NCBI GenBank assembly: GCA_041484665.1
Contig: JBGPIA010000005.1
Coordinates: 107,648-171,647, forward strand
DNA length: 64,000 nucleotides
Direction of reading: 5' to 3'
DNA from: Candidatus Krumholzibacteriia bacterium
GTDB lineage: Bacteria > Krumholzibacteriota > Krumholzibacteriia > JAJRXK01
The translations under genes and the position numbers were made by a program. The notes beneath the pieces were generated by a model, which worked only from the letters and a program-made list of their open reading frames with translations, had not been told where the DNA came from and made no database searches. Below, one piece after another: positions 18,887 through 29,138 of the stretch; within the stretch, counting starts at the first letter, position 1; each line of letters opens with the position of its first letter.

Positions 18887-19570
18887 ATGCGAAGCTTCTG
18901 CCCGACATGCCTCCCGCTGACCGCGCCTCCCCGCCTCCTGCGATTGCTCTGCGTCGTGATGCTGGGCTTGCTCTGGGCCGGCGGTGCGCGGGCCGACCTC
19001 GTGGTCAACGAGGCCCTCTCGGCGCCGAGCTCCGACTGGAACGGCGACGGCGTGGTGGACTTCAAGAACGACGAGTGGGTGGAGATCCTGAACACGGGCC
19101 CGGGGGTGGAGAGCCTCGACGGCGTCTTCCTGCGCGACGGCACCGGCACGGAGTACCACTACGGTTTCACGGGGAGCCTCTCCCCCGGCGAGGTCCGGGC
19201 GGTGTTCGGTGACGAGTCGGTCGCCTGGCAGGCGGCGCACGGTCTGGCCACGGTGGGCCTGAGCCTCAACAATGGCGGCGACACCGTCGAGCTTTGGCGC
19301 GACCAGACCGACCCGATCGTGCTGCAGCCGCTGGACGTGGTCCCGATCCCGGCGCATGCCGCCGCAAACGAGCGAGCGCTCGGCCGCGATCCGGTCACGC
19401 TGGGCTGGCTGCTGTTCGATGGGCTCAATCCCTACACGGGGGCGTTGCAGCCTGGCTATACCGGGTGCAGCCCGTCGCCCGGACGTACCAACGAATGCGG
19501 GCCCATCCTCCCCGACGGCGACGTGACCTGGGGGAGTCTGAAGCAGGTGTACGCCCCCCCGCAGCCGTAA
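18887..19570 (+). CDS. Secreted lamin-tail domain protein with C-terminal TWGSLKQVY motif
   Basis: RBS AAAGGAG; signal peptide ending ARA; LVVNE, DWNGDG, DEWVEILN, LNNGGDTVEL, PSPGRTN are LTD-type motifs. Confidence 0.8.
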   Translation: MRSFCPTCLPLTAPPRLLRLLCVVMLGLLWAGGARADLVVNEALSAPSSDWNGDGVVDFKNDEWVEILNTGPGVESLDGVFLRDGTGTEYHYGFTGSLSPGEVRAVFGDESVAWQAAHGLATVGLSLNNGGDTVELWRDQTDPIVLQPLDVVPIPAHAAANERALGRDPVTLGWLLFDGLNPYTGALQPGYTGCSPSPGRTNECGPILPDGDVTWGSLKQVYAPPQP

Positions 19571-19850
19571 GCGCGCCGGCGCCCGGCCCGATCCGGCCGC
19601 TGCACGAGCCCTTCCTGAACGGACTCGTGCCCGGCTGGCCTTGCCTCCCCTTGTGCCACCCGTGCGCCTCCCGCGATGCCTCCGATGGCGCCCACCGGAC
19701 GCCACGGAGACGCCTCCCGGACGCTTCCCGGGCGTGAGCGCGGTGTGGAGGTGGAGCCGCTCACGCGGACCGCTCAACGTACACGCGGCGAGAAAGGCGC
19801 GCCGCAATCCGCCCTGGGCGCAGCGGCGCGCCTGCTCTATCCTGCCTTCC

Positions 19851-20828
19851 ATGGAAAACGCCAAGGTTTCGGATCTGTGGGATCGCGCCCGCGCGGGCGA
19901 CGTGGCCGCTCTGGGTCGCTTGGTCACCCTCGTGGAGGACGAAGGTCCGGCGCGGGGCGAGCTGCTGGCGCGCGTGGCGCCGCTCACCGGGCGTGCGCAC
20001 CGGATCGGGTTAGCCGGCCCCCCCGGGGCCGGCAAGAGCACGGTCGCAGCCGAGCTGGCGCGGCGGTTCCGGGACCGCGGCGAGCGGGTCGGCGTGGTGG
20101 CCGTGGATCCCACCAGCCCGGTGTCGGGGGGGGCGCTTTTGGGCGACCGCGTGCGGATGGGTGACCTGGAAAGCAGCGATGGCATCTTCATCCGCTCGCT
20201 CGCCTCGCGCGGGATGCCGGGTGGCTTGAGCCTGGCCGCCGGCCTGGTGGCTGACGCCCTCGACGCCGTGGGCTACGACCGCATCCTGATCGAGACGCTC
20301 GGGATCGGGCAGGGAGAGCTGGACATCGTCCCCAAGGCGCACACCGTGCTGCTGCTGATGCTGCCCGGAACTGGCGACGCGGTGCAGTTGATGAAGGCCG
20401 GCCTCATGGAGCTGGCGGACATCTTCTTGGTGAACAAGGCCGACCGGGACGGTGCGCAGGCCCTGGCCGTGCTGTTGCGCGCGCAGCTGACCGAGACCGC
20501 GCGGCCGGCGGGGGCCTGGATGCCGCCGGTGCTGCTGACCACGGCCTACCGCGGCGAGGGGCTGGACCTTGTCCTCGAGGCCATCGAGCGACACCGGGCC
20601 TACCTGACCACCACGGGAGGGCTGGAAAGCCGCCGCCGTGCGGGCATCCGGGCGCAGCTGCGCCAGCTGGTCGAAGGCGCTGTCCTGCAGCGGATGTGGA
20701 GCGATCCGGTGCTGTCGGCCGAACTGGACAAGGCCGTCGAGGAGGTGGCCGAGCGCAAGTCGGACCCGGTGCGCTCCGCCGCACGACTCGTCCAGCGCAT
20801 GCTGCCCGGCCGCAAAGGCGCGCGCTGA
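19851..20828 (+). CDS. meaB: Methylmalonyl-CoA mutase-associated GTPase MeaB/ArgK
   Basis: GPPGAGKST, AVDPTSPVSGGALLGDRVRM, FIRSLASRG, KAGLMELADIFLVNKAD. Confidence 0.92.
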   Translation: MENAKVSDLWDRARAGDVAALGRLVTLVEDEGPARGELLARVAPLTGRAHRIGLAGPPGAGKSTVAAELARRFRDRGERVGVVAVDPTSPVSGGALLGDRVRMGDLESSDGIFIRSLASRGMPGGLSLAAGLVADALDAVGYDRILIETLGIGQGELDIVPKAHTVLLLMLPGTGDAVQLMKAGLMELADIFLVNKADRDGAQALAVLLRAQLTETARPAGAWMPPVLLTTAYRGEGLDLVLEAIERHRAYLTTTGGLESRRRAGIRAQLRQLVEGAVLQRMWSDPVLSAELDKAVEEVAERKSDPVRSAARLVQRMLPGRKGAR

Positions 20829-20933
20829 CCGCCCGCCGCGCTGACCGGCCGCTACGTTGACCGGTCGCTGCACTGGCAGGTCGCTGTGCTGGCCGGCCGC
20901 CGCGCTGTGGGGTGGCCGCGCTGACCAACCGCA
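20822..20933. repeat. Degenerate 16-bp tandem repeat, 7 copies (consensus GCGCTGACCGGYCGCY)
   Basis: Units at 20822, 20838, 20854, 20870, 20886, 20902 and 20918, with exact 16-bp period. Confidence 0.75.
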
Positions 20934-21147
20934 ACGCCGACGGTGGTGCACCCGGCTTCCAGCTCCGCGATCCCGGGCGGCCGTGGAAGGATCCCGGCCG
21001 ACCTTTCCAAGCTTGCGTCGCCTACCTATACTCCTGCGAGCCCAGCGGTGGTCAGGGCTCGCAACCGGGCTTTCCGTGTCTTCGCAGCTGCACGCGCTCC
21101 CGGTGCTCCTTCCGTGGGTCGCCCGGGGGGAAGGAGCGTCCTCCGCC

Positions 21148-21549
21148 ATGGGCCGTGCGATCCGCGTCCTGCTCGCCAAGCCGGGTCTGGACGGGCACGA
21201 CCGGGGCGCGAAGGTGATCGCATCAGCGCTGCGCGATGCGGGCATGGAGGTCATCTACACCGGTCTGCACCAGACGCCCGAGCAGATCGTGAGCGCGGCG
21301 ATCCAGGAGGATGTGGATGTGCTCGCGCTGAGCATCCTCTCCGGCGCGCACATGACCGTCTTCCCGCGCATCCTCGAGCTGCTGCGGGAACGCGGGGCCG
21401 AGCACATCCACGTCACCGGCGGTGGGATCCTCCCGGAGAAGGATGTCCAGGCGTTGCAGGCTCTGGGGGTGGGCCGCCTGTTCGGCCCCGGCACGGCGAT
21501 GCGGGCAGTCGTCGAGTACATCCAGTCACTTCCGTTGCGCAAGCGCTGA
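21148..21549 (+). CDS. Cobalamin-binding domain protein (acyl-CoA mutase small subunit)
   Basis: [15 protein letters not shown] (DxHxxG), SILSGAH, GGGILP; RBS AAGGAG. Confidence 0.92.
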   Translation: MGRAIRVLLAKPGLDGHDRGAKVIASALRDAGMEVIYTGLHQTPEQIVSAAIQEDVDVLALSILSGAHMTVFPRILELLRERGAEHIHVTGGGILPEKDVQALQALGVGRLFGPGTAMRAVVEYIQSLPLRKR

Positions 21550-21626
21550 CGGAGGCCGCTCGGCGCTCCCGGCGGCGGGACGGACGCCCGGGCAGGGCAG
21601 CGAAGGAGCAGAGGAGTCGGGGATTC

Positions 21627-22763
21627 ATGCAGCTTACCGAGAACCAGCGCATGGTGCAGGAGGTCGCGCGGCGCTTCGCGCAGGAGCGCATCGCGCCCCT
21701 CGCGGCGGAGATCGACGAGGCCGGACGTTTCCCCCAGGAGACGATCCGCGAGCTCGGCGAGATGGGTTTCCTGGGCGCGCAGGTGCCCGAGGAGTACGGC
21801 GGCGCCGGCCTGGACACGGTGAGCTACGCCCTCATCGTCGAGGAGCTCTCCAAGGTGTGCGGCTCCCATGGGCTGACCCTGGCGGCGCACAACAGCCTGG
21901 GCGCATGGCCGATCGTCGCCTTCGGCACCGAGGAGCAGAAGCGGCGCTGGCTGCCCAAGGGTGCCAGCGGCCAGATGCTGATCAGCTACGGCCTGACCGA
22001 ACCCGGGGCCGGCAGCGACGCCGGCGGCACGCGCACGACCGCGGTGCCCGACGGCAGCACCTGGGTGCTCAACGGGAGCAAGAGCTGGATCACCAATGCC
22101 AGTTACGCCGGGCTCTACATTCTCACCGCCATGACCGATCGCTCCAAAGGTACCAGCGGCGGGATCACGGCCTTCATCGTGGAGCGCGGGGCGAAGGGCT
22201 TCTCCGTGGGCAAGAAAGAGGACAAGCTGGGGATGCGGGCCAGCGACACCGCTCAATTGCTCCTGGAGGACGTGCGCGTACCCAACGACCAGGTGCTGGG
22301 ACAGGTCGGGCAGGGCTTCAAGCAGTTCATGCAGACGCTCGACGGTGGACGGATCTCGATTGGCGCGCTCGCGCTGGGGCTGGCCGAAGGAGCCCACGAG
22401 TTCTCGCTCAAGTACAGCAAGGAGCGCGAAGCCTTCGGCAAGACCATCTCCCATTTCCAGGCCATCCAATGGATGCTGGCCGACGCCCGCACCGAGATCG
22501 AGGCCGCGCGCCTGCTGATCCACGACGCGGCCCAGCGCAAGGACGCCGCGCAGCCCTTCCGGCTGCAGAGCTCCATCGCCAAGCTGTACGCCAGCGAGAT
22601 GGCCATGCGCGTCACCAACAACGCCATCCAGATCCTGGGCGGCTACGGCTACTGCAAGGACTACCCGGTGGAGCGGTTCTACCGTGATGCGAAGCTGTGT
22701 ACGATCGGCGAGGGCACCAGCGAGATCCAGCGCCTGGTGATCGCGCGCGAGGTCCTGTCCTAG
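21627..22763 (+). CDS. Acyl-CoA dehydrogenase
   Basis: [46 protein letters not shown]. Confidence 0.93.
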   Translation: MQLTENQRMVQEVARRFAQERIAPLAAEIDEAGRFPQETIRELGEMGFLGAQVPEEYGGAGLDTVSYALIVEELSKVCGSHGLTLAAHNSLGAWPIVAFGTEEQKRRWLPKGASGQMLISYGLTEPGAGSDAGGTRTTAVPDGSTWVLNGSKSWITNASYAGLYILTAMTDRSKGTSGGITAFIVERGAKGFSVGKKEDKLGMRASDTAQLLLEDVRVPNDQVLGQVGQGFKQFMQTLDGGRISIGALALGLAEGAHEFSLKYSKEREAFGKTISHFQAIQWMLADARTEIEAARLLIHDAAQRKDAAQPFRLQSSIAKLYASEMAMRVTNNAIQILGGYGYCKDYPVERFYRDAKLCTIGEGTSEIQRLVIAREVLS

Positions 22764-22804
22764 GCGCCGCGGCTGCGCCCTTTCGTCGCGGGAGGTCGGT
22801 TCCC

Positions 22805-23995
22805 ATGGCAAGCAACGTCGTGATCGTGGCCGCGGCGCGCACGCCGGTCGGCCGCTTCCAGGGCGGGCTGGCCCCGCTGCGCGCACCGCAGCTGGGCGCG
22901 GTCGCAGTCAAAGAGGCCATCCGGCGCGCCGGCATCGAGCCCGGCGCCGTCGATGAGGTGATCCTGGGCTGTGTGCTGCCTGCAGGGCTGGGCCAGAATC
23001 CGGCACGGCAGGCGGCCATCCACGGCGGTGTGCCCGACGGGGTCAGCGCCATGACCCTCAACAAGGTCTGTGGCAGCGGCCTACGGGCGGTGTCGCTGGC
23101 GGCGCAGATCCTCAAGGCGGGCGACGCGCGCTGCGTGGTCGCCGGGGGCATGGAGTCGATGTCCAACACTCCCTACGCGCTGCCCGGTGCGCGGACGGGT
23201 TACCGGCTGGGTCATGGTCAGCTGGTCGACCTCATGATCCACGACGGCCTGTGGGACGCGTACAACGACTTCCACATGGGGATGACCGCTGAGCTGGTCG
23301 CCGAGAAGTACGGCATCGGCCGCGCGGAGCAGGACGCCTTCGCGCTGGGCAGCCACCGCAAGGCCGTCGCCGCCATGCAGGCCGGCAAGCTCAAAGCCGA
23401 GATCGTCGCCGTGGAGGTCCCGGTCGGCAAGGGACAGACGTCGCGCATCGAGCTGGACGAGGGCCCGCGCGCCGACTCCAGCCTGGAGGCGCTGGCGAAG
23501 CTCAAGCCAGCCTTCAAGCGCGACGGTGGCACCGTCACCGCGGGCAACGCGCCCAGCGTCAACGACGGCGCCGCGGCGCTGGTCGTCTGCACGGCCGAGG
23601 GCGCGCGGGAGCTGGGCAGCAGGGCGCAGTTCACCATCGAGGCGTACGCCACCGGTGGCGTGGAGCCCAAGTGGGTGATGATGGCTCCGGTGCGCGCGGT
23701 GAAGAACCTGCTGGCGAAGACGCGGACCGGCATCGGCGACTACGGGCTGATCGAGCTCAACGAGGCTTTCGCGGTGCAGGCTCTGGCCGTGATGCGCGAG
23801 CTGGAAATGGATCCCGCGCGCGTGAACGTGAATGGCGGCGCGGTCGCCCTCGGGCACCCGATCGGAGCCAGCGGGGCGCGCATCCTCACCACGCTGCTCT
23901 ACGCCATGCAGGATCGCAATGTCGAGCGCGGTCTAGCCGCGCTCTGCCTGGGCGGAGGCGACGCGGTCGCGCTCAGCGTGCGCAGGATCGCGTAG
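22805..23995 (+). CDS. Acetyl-CoA C-acetyltransferase (thiolase)
   Basis: [35 protein letters not shown]. Confidence 0.95.
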   Translation: MASNVVIVAAARTPVGRFQGGLAPLRAPQLGAVAVKEAIRRAGIEPGAVDEVILGCVLPAGLGQNPARQAAIHGGVPDGVSAMTLNKVCGSGLRAVSLAAQILKAGDARCVVAGGMESMSNTPYALPGARTGYRLGHGQLVDLMIHDGLWDAYNDFHMGMTAELVAEKYGIGRAEQDAFALGSHRKAVAAMQAGKLKAEIVAVEVPVGKGQTSRIELDEGPRADSSLEALAKLKPAFKRDGGTVTAGNAPSVNDGAAALVVCTAEGARELGSRAQFTIEAYATGGVEPKWVMMAPVRAVKNLLAKTRTGIGDYGLIELNEAFAVQALAVMRELEMDPARVNVNGGAVALGHPIGASGARILTTLLYAMQDRNVERGLAALCLGGGDAVALSVRRIA

Positions 23996-24032
23996 GGGCG
24001 GGGGCGGACCCGCGCCCAGGACGGGAGTTCCG

Positions 24033-24887
24033 ATGGACAAGAGCAGGCTCGGCGTGGTGGGCGGGGGCACGATGGGCAACGGGATCGCCCACTTGTTCGC
24101 CCAGCACGGCCACCCCACCGTGCTCGTCGACGTCGACGACGCGGCGCTGGCGCGCGCACGCCAGACGATCGACGGCAATCTGGCCCGTCAGGTCAAGAAG
24201 GGCGCGCTGGACGAGGACGCGAAGACCGCCACCCTGGGTCGTATCACGTTCACTCCCGACGTCGGGAAGCTTGCGGGCTGCGCCCTCGTCGTGGAGGCCG
24301 TGTTCGAGGACGAGGCGATCAAGCAGGCGCTCTACCGCCGGATCGATCCGCTGCTGCCCAAGGACGCCATTCTGGCCAGCAACACCAGCTCCATTTCGGT
24401 CACGCGGCTGGCGGCCGCCACCGCGCGCGCCGACCGCTTCATCGGAATGCACTTCATGAACCCGGTGCCGGTGATGAAGCTGGTGGAAGTGATCCGCGGC
24501 CACAATACCAGCGATGCGACGACCGCGCAGGTCATGGAGCTGGCCCGCGCGCTGGAAAAGGTGCCCGTCGAGGTGAACGACTACCCCGGCTTCGTGAGCA
24601 ACCGGGTGCTCCTGCCCATGATCAACGAGGCGGTATTCTGCCTGCACGAGGGGGTCGCCACCGCGCAGGCCATCGACGAGGTCATGAAGCTGGGCATGGC
24701 GCACCCGATGGGCCCGCTGACGTTGGCCGACTTCATCGGCCTGGACGTTTGCCTGAGTATCCTGGAGGTCCTGTACGAGGGCTTCAACGACCCGAAGTAC
24801 CGGCCGTGCCCACTGCTGCGCAAGATGGTCGCGGCCGGGCACCTGGGCCGCAAGAGTGGGCGCGGCTTCTACACATATCCGAGCTGA
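24033..24887 (+). CDS. hbd: 3-hydroxybutyryl-CoA dehydrogenase
   Basis: [43 protein letters not shown]. Confidence 0.93.
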   Translation: MDKSRLGVVGGGTMGNGIAHLFAQHGHPTVLVDVDDAALARARQTIDGNLARQVKKGALDEDAKTATLGRITFTPDVGKLAGCALVVEAVFEDEAIKQALYRRIDPLLPKDAILASNTSSISVTRLAAATARADRFIGMHFMNPVPVMKLVEVIRGHNTSDATTAQVMELARALEKVPVEVNDYPGFVSNRVLLPMINEAVFCLHEGVATAQAIDEVMKLGMAHPMGPLTLADFIGLDVCLSILEVLYEGFNDPKYRPCPLLRKMVAAGHLGRKSGRGFYTYPS

Positions 24888-24977
24888 TCGCGGCGCGGCC
24901 GCGTCACGCGGCGCGTGGCCCACGGGTCGCGCCCGCGCGGCCCGGGCCCCGTCCGCCGCAGCCGCCAGGGAGAGATC

Positions 24978-26117
24978 GTGAGATTCGATCTGACCAGCGA
25001 GCAGGAGCTCATCCGCAAGACGGCCCGCGCGTTCGCCGAGCGCGAGATCGTCCCGTTCGCCGCGAAGTGGGACAAGGAGTCGCGCTTTCCGGCGGAGGTC
25101 GTAGCCAAGCTCGCCGAGCTGGGTTTCATGGGGATGTTCGTGCCCGAGTCGTGGGGCGGTGCCGGCCTGGATGTCCTCAGCTATATCGTAGCGCTCGAGG
25201 AGATCTCGCGCGGGGACGCCAGTTGCGGCGTGATCATGTCGGTGAACAACAGCCTGGTGTGCTGGCCGTTGCTCCACTTCGGCACGCAAGCGCAGAAGGA
25301 GCGCTGGCTGAAGCCGCTGGCCGCCGGCCGGCAGCTGGGGGCGTTCTGCCTGAGCGAGCCGCAGGCGGGCACCGACGCCGCAGCGCAGAAGACGGTTGCG
25401 GTGCGCAAGGGCCAAGGCTACGTGCTCAATGGCACCAAGAACTTCATCACCAATGGTGCGCACGCCGACGTGCTGCTCGTCTTCACCATGACCGACCTTG
25501 AGAAGGGGCACGGAGGAATTACGGCTTTCCTGGTCGATGCCCCTGCCAAGGGCGTAAGCGTGTCCCACACCGAGAAGAAGATGGGCATCAAGGCCTCCGA
25601 TACCGCTCAGATCGTCCTGGAGGACGTGCAAGTGGGTGTGGAGAACCTGCTGGGCGAGGAAGGCAAGGGTTTCCGCGTGGCCATGTCCACCTTGGACGGC
25701 GGGCGCATCGGGATCGCCGCCCAAGCATTGGGCATCGCCCAGGCGGCCCTCGAGCACTCGATCCGTTACGCCAAGGAGCGTGAGCAGTTCGGGCGACCCA
25801 TTGCCGAGTTCCAGGGCATCCAGTGGAAGATCGCCGACATGACCGCGCGCCTGGACGCCGCGCGACTGCTCACCTACCGGGCCGCTTGGATGAAGGACCA
25901 GGGGGCGCGTCACACACGCGAGTCCGCCATCGCCAAGCTGATGGCGAGCACAACGGCCGTCTTCTGCGCCGAGGAAGCGGTGCAGATCTTCGGAGCCAAC
26001 GGTTACTCGAAGGAGTACCCCGTGGAGAAGCTGATGCGCGACGCGAAGATCTGCGACATCTACGAGGGGACCAACGAGGTGCAGCGCATGGTCATCGCCC
26101 AAAGCATGCTGCAGTAG
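24978..26117 (+). CDS. Acyl-CoA dehydrogenase
   Basis: GTG after GGGAGAG; LSEPQAGTDA, NGTKNFITN, LDGGRIGIA, IYEGTNEVQR. Confidence 0.93.
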   Translation: MRFDLTSEQELIRKTARAFAEREIVPFAAKWDKESRFPAEVVAKLAELGFMGMFVPESWGGAGLDVLSYIVALEEISRGDASCGVIMSVNNSLVCWPLLHFGTQAQKERWLKPLAAGRQLGAFCLSEPQAGTDAAAQKTVAVRKGQGYVLNGTKNFITNGAHADVLLVFTMTDLEKGHGGITAFLVDAPAKGVSVSHTEKKMGIKASDTAQIVLEDVQVGVENLLGEEGKGFRVAMSTLDGGRIGIAAQALGIAQAALEHSIRYAKEREQFGRPIAEFQGIQWKIADMTARLDAARLLTYRAAWMKDQGARHTRESAIAKLMASTTAVFCAEEAVQIFGANGYSKEYPVEKLMRDAKICDIYEGTNEVQRMVIAQSMLQ

Positions 26118-26146
26118 TGCCCTTGCCGCTGACCCTGAGAGCCGCC

Positions 26147-27292
26147 GTGGACTTCGAGCTGACCGAAGAGCAGCAGCTGCTCGTCAAGGGAACGCGTGAC
26201 CTCGCCCAGGGCGTGATCGCTCCGCGCTCCGCTCAGATGGACCGCGATGGCAGCGTCGATCCCGTGGTGCTGGAGGCGCTGCGGGCCAACGGGTACTTCA
26301 GTCTGGGCATTCCCCGGCAGTACGGCGGTCTGGGGCTCTCCACGTTCGGCTACGGGCTGGTGATCGCCGAGCTGGCGCGCGTTGACGCCGGGATCGCCAT
26401 CATGGTCTCGGTGCACAACGGCGTGGGCACCTACCCGATCATGGGGTTCGGCAATGAGCAGCTGCGACTCCGCGTGCTGCCCGCCATGGCCAGCGGCACG
26501 CTGGCCAGCTTCTGCGTCACCGAGCCCGGCGTGGGCAGCGACGCCGCCAACCTCACCACGCGCGCCGAGGTCGTCGGATCGAGCTATCGATTGACCGGCG
26601 AAAAGATCTGGGTCACCAACGGCGCCCACGCGGGGTTCTTCGTGGTGCTGGCGCGCATGGACGGCAAGCGCGGGCACGACGGGATCTCGGCGTTCCTGGT
26701 GGAGCGCGGCGCGCCAGGCCTGACCATCGGGGCCAAGGAAGACAAGATGGGGCTGCGCTGCAGCGATGCAGTGTCCCTGGTGCTCGACGATGTGGCGGTG
26801 CCGCGCGAGAACCTCATCGGCGAAGAGGGGCAGGGCTTCAAGATCGCCATGGCCAGCCTGGATGGCGGGCGAATCGGCGTGGCCTACCAGGCCGTCGGCC
26901 TGGCCACTGCCTGCCTGGAGGCGGCGACGCGCTACGCGCAGGAGCGCGATGCGTTCGGCGGCCCCATCTCCAACCTGCAGGCCATCCAGTGGATGATCGC
27001 CCAGGCGGCCACCGAGCTCGAGGCGGCAACGCTGCTGGCGCACAAGGCCGCCACGTTGAAGGACCAGGGCAAGCCATTCAGCAAGCACGCGGCGATGGCC
27101 AAGCTCTTCGGCAGCGAAATGGCAGGCCGGACGGCCGACATGGCCGTGCAGGTGCACGGCGGCTTCGGCTACAGCAAGGATTACGACGTGGAGCGGTACT
27201 TTCGCGACGCCCGCGTGCTGCGCATCTACGAGGGTACCAGCGAGGTCCAGAAGCTCGTGATCGCCCGCCGGCACTTCAACGGCGAGCGCTAA
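26147..27292 (+). CDS. Acyl-CoA dehydrogenase
   Basis: VTEPGVGSDA, KIWVTNG, EDKMGLR, IYEGTSEVQK; alternative GTG start at 26117. Confidence 0.92.
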   Translation: MDFELTEEQQLLVKGTRDLAQGVIAPRSAQMDRDGSVDPVVLEALRANGYFSLGIPRQYGGLGLSTFGYGLVIAELARVDAGIAIMVSVHNGVGTYPIMGFGNEQLRLRVLPAMASGTLASFCVTEPGVGSDAANLTTRAEVVGSSYRLTGEKIWVTNGAHAGFFVVLARMDGKRGHDGISAFLVERGAPGLTIGAKEDKMGLRCSDAVSLVLDDVAVPRENLIGEEGQGFKIAMASLDGGRIGVAYQAVGLATACLEAATRYAQERDAFGGPISNLQAIQWMIAQAATELEAATLLAHKAATLKDQGKPFSKHAAMAKLFGSEMAGRTADMAVQVHGGFGYSKDYDVERYFRDARVLRIYEGTSEVQKLVIARRHFNGER

Positions 27293-27372
27293 GGTGGCGC
27301 CGGCGCGGCCATCGCGCCGACTCAGGTGCACCGCTGGCCAAGGACCACTGCCGATTCAGGTCCAACGCTGGA

Positions 27373-27786
27373 TCAGGCCCAGCGGCGCGCGATCAGCCAT
27401 CCCCACTGTGCAATGATGGCCGCAAGCGTGGCCGCCCGGAGCGAGGCCTTCTCCCGCCGTCCCAGCGCCGGCTCGCCGCGCAAGCGGGGCACGCCGCTCG
27501 CGAGCAGCGCCCAGCCGGCCCACGCCGCGCATGCCGCCAGCCCCACGGACACCAGCGCATTGGCGCGCAGCGCGGCGGCCAGGTCTCCGCGGCACAGCGC
27601 CAACGCCGCGCGCGTCCCGCCGCAGCTGAGGCAGGGCACGCCCGTCACGGCGCGCAGGGGGCAGAACGAAAAGCGCTGCACTGCGTGGGGCGCGATGCGC
27701 AGCAGCAGAGCCGTGCACGCCCCAATGGCGCCGAACACCAGACCGAACGGGCGCAGGCCCGCGCGCTCTTCAGCGACCCATCGCAT
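27373..27786 (-). CDS. DUF2752 domain membrane protein
   Basis: [19 protein letters not shown] motif flanked by hydrophobic helices. Confidence 0.8.
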   Translation of the reverse strand: MRWVAEERAGLRPFGLVFGAIGACTALLLRIAPHAVQRFSFCPLRAVTGVPCLSCGGTRAALALCRGDLAAALRANALVSVGLAACAAWAGWALLASGVPRLRGEPALGRREKASLRAATLAAIIAQWGWLIARRWA

Positions 27787-28861
27787 CCCCGAGCCCCCGC
27801 AGCCACGCCATGCCGCCGAACGCCACGATTCCGGCGCAGAGAAGGCTGCAGCAGATGAGCGCCGGGAGGATGACGGCCAGCGCGGCGCGGCCGGTAGTGG
27901 TGCCGTGGAGCTCGCGCAGGGCAATCACCGAGACGACGATGCTCCATCCCCACGCCACCAGACTGCCGCAGATCGGGAAGATCCCGACCAGACTCACGGT
28001 CCACGCGTACGCCCCGCCGCGCAGGGTCGCCTCGTAGCCCTCGTGCGCGCCGCCGGCGAGCATCAAGCAAACGTGGGTGATGCCGGACCCGACCACCAGG
28101 GCCAGCGGGGCGATCACTGGCATCAGGGCCAGCGCCAAGACCTCCGAGCCCACCGTGCCAAAGAGGTGGTAGGGAAAATCGGTGGTGCGCTCGAACACTG
28201 TCGCCAGCGGAGCGAACAAAGCGGACCACGCCAGCGAGAAGGCCTGGACGATCATGGCCGTGACGATGACGTAGAGGACCTGCAGACCCGTGCCGCCGCG
28301 CCGCGGCATGCGGGCGAAGGTCGCCGTGGGCCGCGTGAAGATCAGGCGCACAGTCAGCAGATACCCTTGGATCCACCCGAAGCGCGCATGATCCTCCCAC
28401 GGCGGGGGGATGGGCGCCGGCGGTGGCATGCCGGGCCCCCAAGAGCCTCCAGGTCCCCCGGGGCTCGCGGGGCCGCCCGGACCATAGGGACTGCCCGGAC
28501 CGCTCGGTCCATTGGGGCCTCCCGGACCCCCCGGGCCGCCCGAGCCGCCCGCGCCGTACGGTCCACCCGGTCCATAGGGGCCAGTCCCGCCGTAGGGGCC
28601 ACCGGAGCCAGGGGAGCCAGTCGGCTCGTGCGCGCCGCCTGGGCCAGACGGGCCGGTTGCGTCAGACGGGCCGGTTGCGTCAGACGGGGCGGTCGCGTCA
28701 GACGGGCCGCCCGAGCGGTCCGTGGTACCCGCGCCGGGCGCCCCGTGACCGCCCGCGGGCGGTCCGCCCGGGGAGCCGACTGGTTGTCCACCCGGCGAAC
28801 CCGGTGGCGTCCGACCCGGCGAGTCGCCCGGCTGCCCTGACGACGTGGAATCCTGGTCCAT
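27770..28861 (-). CDS. YIP1 family membrane protein with Gly/Pro-rich N-terminus
   Basis: PPWED...T...IFTRPTATF followed by about 5 TM helices ([10 protein letters not shown]); about 145-aa GP-rich N-terminal tail. Confidence 0.8.
   Translation of the reverse strand: MDQDSTSSGQPGDSPGRTPPGSPGGQPVGSPGGPPAGGHGAPGAGTTDRSGGPSDATAPSDATGPSDATGPSGPGGAHEPTGSPGSGGPYGGTGPYGPGGPYGAGGSGGPGGPGGPNGPSGPGSPYGPGGPASPGGPGGSWGPGMPPPAPIPPPWEDHARFGWIQGYLLTVRLIFTRPTATFARMPRRGGTGLQVLYVIVTAMIVQAFSLAWSALFAPLATVFERTTDFPYHLFGTVGSEVLALALMPVIAPLALVVGSGITHVCLMLAGGAHEGYEATLRGGAYAWTVSLVGIFPICGSLVAWGWSIVVSVIALRELHGTTTGRAALAVILPALICCSLLCAGIVAFGGMAWLRGLGDAMGR
28645..28709. repeat. 18-bp coding tandem repeat, about 3.6 copies (CAGACGGGCCGGTTGCGT; PSDATG)
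   Basis: Copies at 28645, 28663, 28681 and partial at 28699. Confidence 0.8.
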
Positions 28862-29138
28862 GGATCGGCCTTTGGTTGCGCCCTCGGCACGCCGCGCGAG
28901 GCTCCGCATCGAAGTTTTGCGAGAACGGACCGCAGCGTACCCCGCGCGCCGGGAGGCGACAAGCGCGGGAACGTCGAGCGCGTGAGTGCCGACCTCGGCC
29001 GCCCTGTTGGGTCGCGACACGATGACGTACACTGGATGCACGATCCGGCCCATGGGATGCGCGCGGAGGCTTCCCGCGGCTCCCGGCGGGCTCCCCCGCG
29101 CGCGCCAAGAGCGACGCGCTCCCCAGCGAGGCGCTGCC

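Noticed and set aside
20829-21147. Cobalamin riboswitch before the B12-binding subunit
   Set aside because: B12-box and the conserved GGGAA/GCCACTG elements are not recognisable.
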